A stretch of 64,000 nt of DNA from an uncultured Methylomirabilota bacterium (GTDB lineage: Bacteria > Methylomirabilota > Methylomirabilia > Methylomirabilales > 2-02-FULL-66-22): assembly GCA_963705305.1 (NCBI GenBank), contig OY970067.1, forward strand, positions 1,760,001 through 1,824,000, written 5' to 3'. Below, in pieces: positions 49,443-59,167 of this stretch (the first letter of the stretch is position 1; each line of letters opens with the position of its first letter). The notes under the pieces are model-generated. The model was given only the letters and a program-made list of their open reading frames with translations. It was not told the DNA's origin and did not search any database. The translations under genes and the position numbers were made by a program.

Positions 49443-50228
49443 ATGGCGGCATCCTCCATCTCGCCGCGGGCCTCTGGCCCGTCGCGGACTCGCAAGCGTT
49501 GGTGGTGGGGAGTGGCGGGGATTTGCGGCCTGCTGGCTTTGGCAGCCCTGTTGTACTTCTCCTTTTCCAGCAACCCCGCCGTCGCCAAGTACCGGACCCT
49601 GGCCCGCTTTTACTCCAGCAAACGGAAAATCCAGGCGTTCCTCCAAACGTTCGGCCCATACGCTCCGCTGGTGTTCATCCTCCTCCAGGCGCTCCAGGTC
49701 ATGATCGCTCCCATCCCGGGAGAGCTTACCGGCTTCGTGGGCGGCTACCTGTTCGGAACCGGACTGGGCTTTTTCTATTCGACCCTCGGGCTCACCCTGG
49801 GCTCGGCTTTGGCTTTCGGGATGGGGCGCTGGCTGGGCCTTCCGGTGGTGCGACGCCTCATCTCCAAGCAGGTCTACCGGAAGTTCGACTTCCTGGCCCG
49901 GACCGGCGGCGAGCTGGCCACGTTCCTCTGCTTTCTCATTCCCGGATTTCCCAAGGATTTCCTCTGCTTCCTGCTGGGAGTGAGCCCCTTGCCGTTTGGG
50001 ACATTCCTGGCCATCACGATCTTTGGGCGGATGCCCGGCACCTGGCTGCTGTCGGTTCAGGGGGCCAACGTGCGAAGCGCCCGCTACCTCGAGTTTGTCG
50101 TCATCCTGACGGCCACCGCCGGCTTGGCTTTCCTGGCCTACATGGTTCGGGGGCGCATCTCCCGGTGGATTCGGGAGCACCACGGCGGAAAGGCCTCCCA
50201 AGACGACGCGGGTGATGAAGACTGGTGA
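49443..50228 (+). CDS. TVP38/TMEM64 (DedA/VTT) membrane protein
   Basis: LQVMIAPIPGE, FLIPGFPKD, GRMPG. Confidence 0.88.
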   Translation: MAASSISPRASGPSRTRKRWWWGVAGICGLLALAALLYFSFSSNPAVAKYRTLARFYSSKRKIQAFLQTFGPYAPLVFILLQALQVMIAPIPGELTGFVGGYLFGTGLGFFYSTLGLTLGSALAFGMGRWLGLPVVRRLISKQVYRKFDFLARTGGELATFLCFLIPGFPKDFLCFLLGVSPLPFGTFLAITIFGRMPGTWLLSVQGANVRSARYLEFVVILTATAGLAFLAYMVRGRISRWIREHHGGKASQDDAGDEDW

Positions 50229-50363
50229 GCGCGCCCCGCCCTTGCCGGCGCCCGGAGAGCCGCCCTCCGCGCCGGCAGATCTTGCCAACTTCGTGTTCCT
50301 CACGTATAAGAACCCGTGGATCCGGTGCACGGACCGCGACATCGCGCCTCTTGAGGACAGCCG

Positions 50364-52181
50364 ATGACGACCCGACGTGTCACGTTCATTTCCCGGGGAA
50401 TCCCTCACAGCACCGAGGCCGATGCCACGCTGCTGGATCTGGCGCATCGCGTGGGCCTGGGGCTTCCCTCGCTGTGCGGAGGCCGCGGCAAGTGCGCGAA
50501 GTGCCGCTGCGAGCCCCGGGGGCCCGTGACCCCGCCGACACCCCTCGAGCGGGAATTGCTCACCGACGCGGACCTGGCCCGAGGAATCCGGTTGGGCTGC
50601 CAAGCCCGTCCGATGGGAGAGGTGGAAGTCCTCCTGGAAGAAGAAATCTTGGACAAAGGGGGATTCATCGAGGTCCCCGTCGAGCCGGAGCCGTCACTCC
50701 GCAAGGTCTATCTGGAGCTGCCCCCCCCGGCACTCCACGATGATCTGGCGGACGTGGAGCGCATCCGGAAAGCGCTGGGGGGTCCGGTCCAGGTTGGGCT
50801 GTCAGCCCTGCGCACCCTGCCCACCATCCTCCGGCGGGAGGCATTCAAGGTGACGGCCGCCCTCTGGGACCACGGGACGCACGGGGAGGAGCTGCTGGCG
50901 GTCGAGGGGGGCGACCGGCGGGAAGTCGCGTACGGCATCGCCTTCGACATCGGGACCACCACCGTGGTCGGATACCTCCTGGACCTCTTTTCCGGACGCG
51001 AGGTTGCCCGGTCCTCCCGGCTCAACGGGCAGCAGCGCTGGGGGGGCGACGTTCTGTCCCGAGCCAGCCATGCGCTGGAGGGCGACCGCGGCCTGACCGA
51101 GGTTCAGGCCGCGGTGATCGAGACCCTCAACCAGATCATCGCGGATTGCTGCGAGGCAGTGGATCCACGCCACGTCTATTGCGTGACCGTGGTCGGCAAT
51201 TCCGTGATGCACCACCTGGCCCTGGGCATTCCCCCGTCGGGCATCGTCCTCAGCCCGTACCTCCCCGTCACCCGCGACGGCGCCATGGTCCGGGCCTCCG
51301 ACCTGGATCTCGCCCTGCCCAATGCCCTGGTCGACTTCCTGCCGTTGATCGGGGCGTATGTGGGGGCGGACCTGCTGGCGGTCCTCCTGGCCACCGGACT
51401 GGATGAATCGAATGCAATCAACCTGGCCGTGGACATCGGGACCAACGGAGAAATGGCCGTCGGCTCCCGCGACCGGATCCTGGCCTGCTCCGCTCCGGCG
51501 GGTCCCGCCTTCGAAGGGGCAGAGATCCGGCAGGGTATGCGCGCCACCACCGGGGCCATCGACCGCGTTCGGATCCGGGACAACGTCCGGGTGTGGACCA
51601 TCGGCGATGTGCCGCCCAGGGGGATCTGCGGCTCGGGCCTGATCGACGCGTTGGCCGAGATGGTGCGCTGCGGCATCGTGGATCCCGGCGGGCGCCTGTT
51701 GCCCCGTCCCGCCCTGGAGGGCCGCCTGGCGCCGAAGGTGCTGGAGCGTGTGGTGGGGGAGAAGCATTCCTGGAAGTTCGTTCTGTCCTGGGATCCCCTG
51801 ACGGCGGTCAGCCAGGAGGATGTCCGGCAGATCCAGCTGGCCAAAGGGACGATTCTGTGCGGGATCCGCATCCTCCTGGAAGAGCTGGGAATCGAGCCCT
51901 CCCAGATTGCGGAGGTATTCCTCGCGGGAGCCTTCGGCAACTACGTGGACAAGCATAGCGCCCTGGGGATCGGCATGCTCCCTTCAGCCATCCCGGTGGA
52001 GCGCATCCAAGGGGTCGGGAACGCCGCGGGCCAGGGATCCCGCATGGCCCTGCTTTCGAGATCCATCCGCCAGCGCGCCGAAGGATTGGCGAGGCGCGTC
52101 TCCTACTTCGAGCTCTCCAAGCATCCACGCTTCGAGGACGTGTTCATGGACTCCCTTCGCTTCGAGAGCCGGGAGCGCTGA
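50364..52181 (+). CDS. ASKHA-domain corrinoid reductive activator (RACo/RamA-like) with N-terminal 2Fe-2S domain
   Basis: CGGRGKCAKC..RLGCQ, FDIGTTT, DIGTNGE, GPAFEG, GICGSG, LAGAFG, GNAA. Confidence 0.9.
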   Translation: MTTRRVTFISRGIPHSTEADATLLDLAHRVGLGLPSLCGGRGKCAKCRCEPRGPVTPPTPLERELLTDADLARGIRLGCQARPMGEVEVLLEEEILDKGGFIEVPVEPEPSLRKVYLELPPPALHDDLADVERIRKALGGPVQVGLSALRTLPTILRREAFKVTAALWDHGTHGEELLAVEGGDRREVAYGIAFDIGTTTVVGYLLDLFSGREVARSSRLNGQQRWGGDVLSRASHALEGDRGLTEVQAAVIETLNQIIADCCEAVDPRHVYCVTVVGNSVMHHLALGIPPSGIVLSPYLPVTRDGAMVRASDLDLALPNALVDFLPLIGAYVGADLLAVLLATGLDESNAINLAVDIGTNGEMAVGSRDRILACSAPAGPAFEGAEIRQGMRATTGAIDRVRIRDNVRVWTIGDVPPRGICGSGLIDALAEMVRCGIVDPGGRLLPRPALEGRLAPKVLERVVGEKHSWKFVLSWDPLTAVSQEDVRQIQLAKGTILCGIRILLEELGIEPSQIAEVFLAGAFGNYVDKHSALGIGMLPSAIPVERIQGVGNAAGQGSRMALLSRSIRQRAEGLARRVSYFELSKHPRFEDVFMDSLRFESRER

Positions 52182-52363
52182 TAAGGCGGGGCCGGGTTCG
52201 GGCGAGCGCTACGGAGTCGTGGGGCAATCCAGCCGGGAGTACACGGGCGGGCAGGGGCGGGTCCCTGGTGCGGCGACCCCAGGCATTGAGGGGGCCTGCC
52301 GCTCCCGGCCAGGTGGAGGACGCTTCGCCCTCCGCCCAGGGCGGAAGGCCCGGCGACAGTCCG

Positions 52364-52576
52364 TCAGATCGAAAAGAATAGGAAGAGGGCGAGGGCCACG
52401 ACCGTCACCCCCGAGCCGATCAGGATGAGCGGGGCCGGGTTGCCTCCCACGTTGAAGAGGATGGGGACCGCCACCACCACGCAGCCCAGCAAGGCGACGA
52501 TCAGCGACACCAGTCTGGGCATGTTCTTCTTTTTCGGCCCTGCCTGCGGCTGAACTGGTTGTTGTGCCTCTGCCAT
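52364..52576 (-). CDS. Small two-TM membrane protein
   Basis: AAGGAG RBS; two hydrophobic helices. Confidence 0.65.
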   Translation of the reverse strand: MAEAQQPVQPQAGPKKKNMPRLVSLIVALLGCVVVAVPILFNVGGNPAPLILIGSGVTVVALALFLFFSI

Positions 52577-52736
52577 AGCTCTCTCCTTGTCGCGTCACCC
52601 CATGGGAGTCCGGAGCAGAGACGGCCGGCTCGCCCCGGAAGAACTGTATATCACAGATCCGGAATCCCTCAAATGCCGATGTGTAAAATCCCCAATGCCG
52701 AGCGACCGCCCGGATCGGCGCGCGGCAGGTGCGCCG

Positions 52737-52949
52737 CTACGAGGCGCGATCCCGCGCCGCATTCGCCACGCCCTCCTCCAGCCGCTTGATTGCCACCATC
52801 AGTGCATCGAAGGGGCCCATGACCTGATCCCAGCTGCCGGAGACCGTCCCCGTCTGGATGGCCCGGACCAGATCGTCCCGTCGTTCCAGGAGCTCCAGGA
52901 GCAGATCCACTTCTATGGGTATGGCGGGTCGTTCCAGCTCCCCGGTCAT
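52737..52949 (-). CDS. Hypothetical helical protein
   Basis: Abuts upstream stop codon; amphipathic helical composition. Confidence 0.6.
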   Translation of the reverse strand: MTGELERPAIPIEVDLLLELLERRDDLVRAIQTGTVSGSWDQVMGPFDALMVAIKRLEEGVANAARDRAS

Positions 52950-53651
52950 TCAGCGCACCCGAACGGGCGGTGGCAGGGCGTGGAGGTGCTGGCCGACGGC
53001 GTGCCAAAGCCGCAGCCGCCAGAAGTCTGCCAACCCCTCGTATTCCTGGAAGACTTGCCTGCGGCTCCTCGGATCCTGCCACCAGCGGGCGGGATCGAAG
53101 GGATCGCTGGGGACGGGGTGGACGATGAGTGAAACCGTTGGGTCCAACCCGGCGGCGAATATCTTCCGAATGCGAACGCTCCGACTTTTCGAGGTGACGA
53201 TGATCATTTTCCCCGCTGGATGCGCTTTCAAGAATCGCGCCACTGCCTGTATCTCGTCTTGAACAGTCTCACATCGATCTCGGATGAGGCGAATTGCCTC
53301 TGGTGGGACGCGCAGGGCTCCGAGGATCTGCAGGGAAATCTCCTGCTCATCGGGAAATCGGATCCCCGCCCGCAACAAGTCCTCCAATCCCGGGGCTCGA
53401 GGCGCGTTGCTGAGCAGGATGGTGGGAGCGATGCCCTCATGGTAGAGGCGCGCAGCCTCCGGAACTCGCAGGAACGGCTGGCCGCTGAGGACCAGAATCA
53501 CATCCGCCTTGGTCACGGGATCTTGACTGATCAGGTATCGGCCGGCCGCTCCCAGCAGGAGGGGGCCGCCGAGGTAGAGGGCGACCCCCAGGACAAGGAC
53601 CACCAGCAAAAGGCGGAAGAGCTTCCAGATCAATCCAAGCATCGCACCCAT
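52950..53651 (-). CDS. YdcF/DUF218 (ElyC/SanA-like) protein
   Basis: N-terminal TM, ADVILVLSG, EAARLY, IIVTS, WWQ. Confidence 0.8.
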   Translation of the reverse strand: MGAMLGLIWKLFRLLLVVLVLGVALYLGGPLLLGAAGRYLISQDPVTKADVILVLSGQPFLRVPEAARLYHEGIAPTILLSNAPRAPGLEDLLRAGIRFPDEQEISLQILGALRVPPEAIRLIRDRCETVQDEIQAVARFLKAHPAGKMIIVTSKSRSVRIRKIFAAGLDPTVSLIVHPVPSDPFDPARWWQDPRSRRQVFQEYEGLADFWRLRLWHAVGQHLHALPPPVRVR

Positions 53652-53691
53652 CGCCGCTGCGTCCCTCTCCGCGCCGGATCGCCCATGCCCC

Positions 53692-54231
53692 TCATCCTTC
53701 TGCGCTCAGCGGAAACGCCCGCACAATGTGGCTCAAATCCAGGGCCCAGGCGCTCGTAGCGGCCGTCTGCTGCAGCAGAATGTCCATCCGACCGATCGTC
53801 TCTCGCAAGAGCGCGAGGAGCACCTTCACGGCCAGAGGCGGCTGCTCGGCCATCAGCGCCTGGAATTCCCTCCGCCCGATTTCGAAGACGAGGCTCTGGC
53901 CCACGCTGCGGACGGAGACGGGAGACGGATCGTCGTTGAAGAAGGTCAGGAACCCCCCCACCTCGCCCGGCTGGAGTCTCAGGACCACACTGGCGCGCTC
54001 CCCGCGGATCCGCTTCACGTACTGGAGCTCGCCTCGAAGGATGACGTAGAGGATCCGACGCTGCTTGCGTGTACCCTCGGTCGCCAGAAATTCCCCGTCC
54101 GCCAGCCGGCAGATGCCCCCGGCACGGATCAATCGGCGCACCTCCGGCAGGGAGAACTCGCGGAAGAAGTCGAGGCACCGAAGTCGGTCGGGGCTGAGTT
54201 GTCTTGTCCGCGCTTCCTCTCTCGATCCCAT
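53692..54231 (-). CDS. Stand-alone cyclic nucleotide-binding domain protein
   Basis: FFREFS, LYVILRGEL, LQPGEVGG, SPVSVRS, REFQALM..PPLA.K. Confidence 0.8.
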   Translation of the reverse strand: MGSREEARTRQLSPDRLRCLDFFREFSLPEVRRLIRAGGICRLADGEFLATEGTRKQRRILYVILRGELQYVKRIRGERASVVLRLQPGEVGGFLTFFNDDPSPVSVRSVGQSLVFEIGRREFQALMAEQPPLAVKVLLALLRETIGRMDILLQQTAATSAWALDLSHIVRAFPLSAEG

Positions 54232-54669
54232 CCGATTCTGTCCTTGCCTGCCCGGCGTCAGGCCGCGCGTAGGATCTTCTCCTCGCATTCCGCGAAGCAC
54301 GCGATATCGGGCGGGCCTTGCCGGACGCCCTGAAGGGCGCGTCGGTAACTTTCGCTTGACGGCGGGCGCCGAAACGCGCCGGTGACCGGACCCACCATAC
54401 CAGAACCTTGCCGTGTGGGCCTCCCACCTCCTCTCTCTTCGGTGATCATCTTGCCGTGAATCAGCCGTTTTTTGCTTGTCCAGGAAAAGACGTAGTGGCA
54501 GATTTTACCTCTTCACTCTGCCTTTTCGACAGTCCATTTATTCGAATGAATCCTTCGTTTACAATAATTTATATTTGGCTCGGTTGATGCAAAGAAGAAT
54601 TGTCAAGAAATCAATCCACCTGAACATTGACTGCCCGATGTGGACACCGCCCATTGCGGGAGATGGAAC

Positions 54670-54879
54670 ATGAAAACACGAGAATATCTGGCAATTAAGC
54701 GCCGAATAGACGACTTCGAGCTGGCCGAATCATTGGCCCGAACAAAATTGATCCAGGGGGCGAAGGCGGGGGATCCGGTGGCGCTCTCGATCCTACGCGA
54801 GCGCTATGGTCTTCGCCTCCCCCTGGTGGAGGAATCCCTCAAAGAGCGTGCCTCCTGGCAGCAGAACGCACGCGCTTGA
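54670..54879 (+). CDS. Hypothetical small protein (69 aa)
   Basis: GGGAG RBS; follows an AT-rich promoter region. Confidence 0.65.
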   Translation: MKTREYLAIKRRIDDFELAESLARTKLIQGAKAGDPVALSILRERYGLRLPLVEESLKERASWQQNARA

Positions 54880-55095
54880 ATTCCGCAGCCGTTCCCCTGC
54901 GGTTGCCGGAAGGTTCGGATTTCTGCCACGTGCTCCTCCCGTCGGTCTGCCGTGTCCGTTGGGTAGCCTGGAGTTGATGGCGGCACGCTGCCGCGAGCGG
55001 CCGCTCGACGCGGCCGTTCGCGGCGCCATCACCGGCGTTTCCGGAAAATGTCTCCGCCGGCCGCCACGCTTCCAGCCGAAGGCGGCAATCGGAAT

Positions 55096-55908
55096 TCACC
55101 CCCTGCTCGCCACCACCAATCGCGTCGACGCCATTCGATAGAACCAGGGAACGCCGCCTACCGGAGCATCCAATCGCCGGAGGGCGCGGGAGATCCTCTG
55201 CCATACCGGTCCCGCGGCCCGGGGCGAACCCATGAGGATCCGCTCAGGAAGCAGGCAGTGAAAGATGTTCACCCCCTGAGTCCGCACGACGCGAAGGCCC
55301 GCCTCCCCCAGCAGGCTCCGCAGCTCTGGGTCGGTGAACGTCTTGCACGGAATATCGTTCCACACCCGCAGGTGCCCGACGCCTTTCGCCGCCCAGGCGC
55401 AGGCCCGCTCCGCAGGCTGGTGGAGGAACATGTCCAGCTCCCACTTGCCGTCGATCTCGAAGGCCATCACGCCACCCGGCGCCAGGACGCGGGCGCTCTC
55501 CTTGAACACCTCGCGATACGAATCGTAAAGATGCGAGATCACATCTCCATAGGAAAAGATGGCGTCCACGGTCCCGGATTCCGCTGGGAGGTTGGTGATG
55601 CTCTGCTGGTAGAAACGCACATTCTGGAGCCCGGCCAGGCGGCAGCGTGCCTCGGCCTGCCGCAGCGAGGTGCCGGAGATGTCGACGGCCCGCACCTCGT
55701 CCGCGTGGGGGGCCAGGAGCACCGTCTGCTTGCCGGTGCCGCAGCCAAGATCCAGGATGCACCGAAACCGCCGGCCCCTCGTCACCCTCTCGATTTCGAC
55801 CTGGTAGAGAGGGTCGCACGCCAGGAAATACAGCGAGCCATCGTACCCGTTTCCGACAGCGTCGTAAAACTCGACGATCCGCTGCTCATCCACCGAGTGA
55901 ACGTCCAC
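55096..55908 (-). CDS. Class I SAM-dependent methyltransferase
   Basis: EFYDAV, ILDLGCGTG, RVLAPGG; GTG start inferred from RBS. Confidence 0.88.
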   Translation of the reverse strand: MDVHSVDEQRIVEFYDAVGNGYDGSLYFLACDPLYQVEIERVTRGRRFRCILDLGCGTGKQTVLLAPHADEVRAVDISGTSLRQAEARCRLAGLQNVRFYQQSITNLPAESGTVDAIFSYGDVISHLYDSYREVFKESARVLAPGGVMAFEIDGKWELDMFLHQPAERACAWAAKGVGHLRVWNDIPCKTFTDPELRSLLGEAGLRVVRTQGVNIFHCLLPERILMGSPRAAGPVWQRISRALRRLDAPVGGVPWFYRMASTRLVVASRG

Positions 55909-56111
55909 ACTCTTCCCCTTCCTCGTCCCTTCACGGCCGACCGCGGTGCCCGGCGCCTCTCGGATGTTGCTCAAACACCCCGGCATCGGCCCCGGCCTGC
56001 CGACGCCCGGATTCACCGGGCGGGCAGCCGGCCGCCCAGCGCCGACACGTGCGTCAGCAACCTCCCCAGGCCGCGTCCCGCCGGGAGGTGAGGTCGATCG
56101 CCCACTCCATC

Positions 56112-56471
56112 TCATCGCGGGGACGAGGGATCGCCACACGCCCGGCGAAAGGCGGCAGCCCTGGCGCCGAGATCCGCGAGAAGGCGCTGAAGGCTCGGGA
56201 TCAGTTCCGGCTCGTCCAGAAGCTCGGCATGGCGCGCCTTGTGGATGGCCAGCTGGATCTCGCGATGCATGGCCTCTAGAAGCTCCGGGTAAGGCACGTT
56301 CCGGCGGCGCCCGTCATCCTCGAAGTGATACAGGATGTCGCGTCCTCCCGCCAGAACGCCCACCCCTTCCGCCGACTCCGGGACGATCGCCCGGAGGTCT
56401 CCCCCCGGAGAGCGCTGCAAAAGCTCCTGCACGCGACCGTCCGGCGCCACCCTGGCCTCGTAGGATGTCAT
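56112..56471 (-). CDS. Hypothetical protein
   Basis: Coding-like codon bias; lies in a minus-strand gene run. Confidence 0.6.
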   Translation of the reverse strand: MTSYEARVAPDGRVQELLQRSPGGDLRAIVPESAEGVGVLAGGRDILYHFEDDGRRRNVPYPELLEAMHREIQLAIHKARHAELLDEPELIPSLQRLLADLGARAAAFRRACGDPSSPR

Positions 56472-56505
56472 TGCGTGCGCCACGCCGTCCCCGGATGCCT
56501 CCCGG

Positions 56506-56694
56506 TCAGCCGCGGTCAGAGAGCAGGACACCCGCATGGGCCAGGTTGTGAGCGGGCTCGTCGTGGACAATGACGTGCACCGCCTCCGGCTTGACGTTGA
56601 CGGTCCGGACGATGGCCTCGGTCACGGCCTTCACCATCTCCCGCTTCTGCTCCACGGTCCGTCCTTCGCGCACGGTGATCGTAACGAACGGCAT
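56506..56694 (-). CDS. 4-oxalocrotonate tautomerase family protein
   Basis: M-PFVTI..REGRTVEQK catalytic Pro1; GGAGG RBS. Confidence 0.93.
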   Translation of the reverse strand: MPFVTITVREGRTVEQKREMVKAVTEAIVRTVNVKPEAVHVIVHDEPAHNLAHAGVLLSDRG

Positions 56695-56776
56695 CTTGCC
56701 CTCCATTAAAAAAGTCCCCGGGCAGTGCCCCGGGACGGTGATGGGCCGGCGGCCCCGTTTTGCCCCCCGACCGCGC

Positions 56777-56923
56777 TTAGTCCGTGCAGTCCCCCAAGGG
56801 ATACAGAAAGCCGCAATTGGGGCAGGGCCACCTGCATCCCCGGGGACGCTCCGGAACCACGATTCCACAACATACGCAGCGCGCCTCGTCGCTGCCCCCC
56901 GCGACGCTGCGCGCAGCCTGCAT
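56777..56923 (-). CDS. Zinc-finger microprotein (48 aa)
   Basis: GGAGG RBS; CVCCG...GCRWPCPNCG...DCTD. Confidence 0.7.
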   Translation of the reverse strand: MQAARSVAGGSDEARCVCCGIVVPERPRGCRWPCPNCGFLYPLGDCTD

Positions 56924-57014
56924 CGCCCCCTCCGCCGGATGGTCGCCAGCCCGTTCCATGCGCCCCACTCACCGCCGATCCCGCGGCTGCCCCCCGAATT
57001 CGGCCGGCTCCCGC

Positions 57015-57155
57015 CTACGAGCCGGTCCTCGGGCTCTTCTCCAGGACGGCCGCGACCTTGACGGCCAGTTGCGGGTACTGCCGCAGGAAGTTCGCCGTCA
57101 CCTTGAGATCGGTCAGCAGCCGCCGCACCTTCTTCACATCCGTCACGGCCCGCAT
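57015..57155 (-). CDS. Hypothetical microprotein (about 46 aa, absent from the ORF track)
   Basis: GGAGG upstream; MRAVTDVKKVRRLLTDLKVTANFLRQYPQLAVKVAAVLEKSPRTGS with strong GC3 bias. Confidence 0.55.
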   Translation of the reverse strand: MRAVTDVKKVRRLLTDLKVTANFLRQYPQLAVKVAAVLEKSPRTGS

Positions 57156-57218
57156 CCTCCGGCAGCCGATCGGCGCTTCCCCCCGGCGACCCTCGGCGGT
57201 GGACGGCCGGCCTGCAGG

Positions 57219-57353
57219 TCACGCCGGCTCGGCATCGGCCGTGATCATGCCGCTGCCGTCACAGCGTGCGCAAAGAAGGACGCCGTCTCCGCCGCAACGG
57301 TCGCATGGGGCGTTTCTGTCTCCCCCGCAGCCGGGGCACGCGACCTCCGCCAT
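57219..57353 (-). CDS. DnaJ-type CxxCxGxG zinc-finger microprotein
   Basis: CPGCGG, CDRCGGDG, CARCDGSG. Confidence 0.65.
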   Translation of the reverse strand: MAEVACPGCGGDRNAPCDRCGGDGVLLCARCDGSGMITADAEPA

Positions 57354-57381
57354 TCGCATACCTCGGCCCGCGCTCCGCGGA

Positions 57382-57942
57382 TCAGCGGGCCTGCGTAATG
57401 ACGATGTCCACGCCGTGCGCGCCGACGGCGACCCGACCCGGATGCTCTCCCTCCAGGTCGCCCGGCTGCGCCGGACCGGCATTCCCCGCGGCGCTCAGCC
57501 GGGCGCCCACGCTGACTTCACCCTCGAACGGCGCCCCGGTCATCATGACGTCCTCGGGACCGATCCGATAGGCCAGAGGAAACGCGGGGTCGACGATGCG
57601 CTTGACCGCGAAGGGCGGGCCCGCTCCCTTCCGTGCAATGATGAACAGAACATGCGTCCGGCTGGCTCGGCCCGCCAACTCCGGAGCCACGGTCACCGCG
57701 CCGGTGATCGCCGGACCGCCGGTTCCTGCCACCGCGGTCGACGGCATGGACTCGGGCGGTTGGCTCGACGCCCCGGAGACCGCCATCTCCCCCGCCGGCG
57801 GGCGCAGGCTGCCGATCAGCACGACCACAACGACCACGGCCAGTCCGAGCAGCGTTCCGATGGAGAGGGCCCACGTCGGGATGCCCCGCCGGCCGCGCTG
57901 CTGCGGGGCCGGTGCGGGGGGCCTTGAAGGGCTATTCGGCAC
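57382..57942 (-). CDS. Membrane-anchored protein resembling the CcmI/CycH C-terminal Ig-like domain
   Basis: TM, then ITGAVTVAPEL..LFIIAR..GPPFAVKR..FPL..ARLS..PGDLEG. Confidence 0.65.
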   Translation of the reverse strand: MPNSPSRPPAPAPQQRGRRGIPTWALSIGTLLGLAVVVVVVLIGSLRPPAGEMAVSGASSQPPESMPSTAVAGTGGPAITGAVTVAPELAGRASRTHVLFIIARKGAGPPFAVKRIVDPAFPLAYRIGPEDVMMTGAPFEGEVSVGARLSAAGNAGPAQPGDLEGEHPGRVAVGAHGVDIVITQAR

Positions 57943-58165
57943 GGGATCGTCCTTTGATGCAAGTCGCGCGGAGAATTTTCCCCCGCTCCGGTGGTCCGGA
58001 CCGTTGTTCGCGAGGCACGTCCGTCCCGCTGGGCCGGGGATGGCGCGGGCCCTGGTGGGAGATTCTAGGTCCTGCGGGGCGACCCGTCAACCTATGAGGC
58101 GCCGTCCGGCAGCCATGCCGTCCGTGTGGAAACCTTGTTTCCGTCTTGAAGCGAGGACCTGAGCC

Positions 58166-58477
58166 TCATTTGGCTTCCAGGAAGGACTCCAGGGCGCTTG
58201 CCACCAGTTCGGAAATGGTCCGTCCATCTCGCCGCGCCCGCTGCCGAGCGCGGCGGAGGAGATCGCCGGGGAGCCGCACCGAGGTCCGGCCGAGCGAGTC
58301 GACATCCGATCCGGGCGGGTGGATCGCCTCGGTCTTGCGGAGGTGGGCTTGCAGCCGGGCCAGGGCGATATCCTCGGCGTCCAAGGTGATGTCGGGCCCC
58401 GTGAGCCGTCCCCTCCCGTCGGATTGCTTTGCCGATGGGCCGCGGCCTTTCGCCCGTGTGGATCGTTTGGTAGCCAC
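58166..58477 (-). CDS. Ribbon-helix-helix DNA-binding protein
   Basis: RTSVRLPGDLLRRARQRARRDGRTISELVASALESFL. Confidence 0.75.
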   Translation of the reverse strand: MATKRSTRAKGRGPSAKQSDGRGRLTGPDITLDAEDIALARLQAHLRKTEAIHPPGSDVDSLGRTSVRLPGDLLRRARQRARRDGRTISELVASALESFLEAK

Positions 58478-58639
58478 GCGCCTCGCCCCCCTCTCGCTCC
58501 GCCCGCGAGCCTGCGTCCGCCATCCTGGCACGAGGCCGAGATCCGCGCGAGACGGCGCATGCCCGCGCCGATCCGAACGCCCGTGCCCATGAGGCTGTCC
58601 GAGGTCCCGCCCCCCGAGCCGGCTGCCGCTGCAACCGGC

Positions 58640-58969
58640 CTACTGCTTGGACGGGAGTTGCTTGGCCACGAACTGCTTCCAGGCCTCCTCTCGCTCCTGA
58701 AGGTACTGGCGTTCCTCCAGGCTCAGCCCGGCAAAATCGGGTACCTTGTTCATCATGAAATAGAACGGCTCCACGAACCCGTACTGCAGGATGTTCCCCG
58801 CGGCACTTGCTCCCACGGCAGCCAGCCGAAACGGGTGAAACAGGAACTCGGGGTTTTCGGCGTTCGGAAGGCTGCCCGTGTCCTGCCGGACCACGGTCGC
58901 GGCACAGCCCGCCAGCAGACCCACGATCAGGCAGCCGATCGCCAGGGTACAGACGACTCGTGTGCGCAT
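58640..58969 (-). CDS. Hypothetical lipoprotein
   Basis: Signal peptide ending in LAGC lipobox; AAAGGAG RBS. Confidence 0.8.
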   Translation of the reverse strand: MRTRVVCTLAIGCLIVGLLAGCAATVVRQDTGSLPNAENPEFLFHPFRLAAVGASAAGNILQYGFVEPFYFMMNKVPDFAGLSLEERQYLQEREEAWKQFVAKQLPSKQ

Positions 58970-59167
58970 TGCCCGTCTCCTTTCTCCTGCTCCCCCGCCT
59001 GCAGCTCGGACTGTCGCGTCCGACCGCCCTGCCGCCATCCGGCCGTGGCCGAATGCCCGAAAGGGCCTCCGATCCGCAAGGGGAACGTTGTGCGGCTCGT
59101 ATGAACACTCGCCGGAACTCGTCTGCCTCCCGGCCGGCTCGTCCCTCGAACCTTCCCTGTGCCGGCA

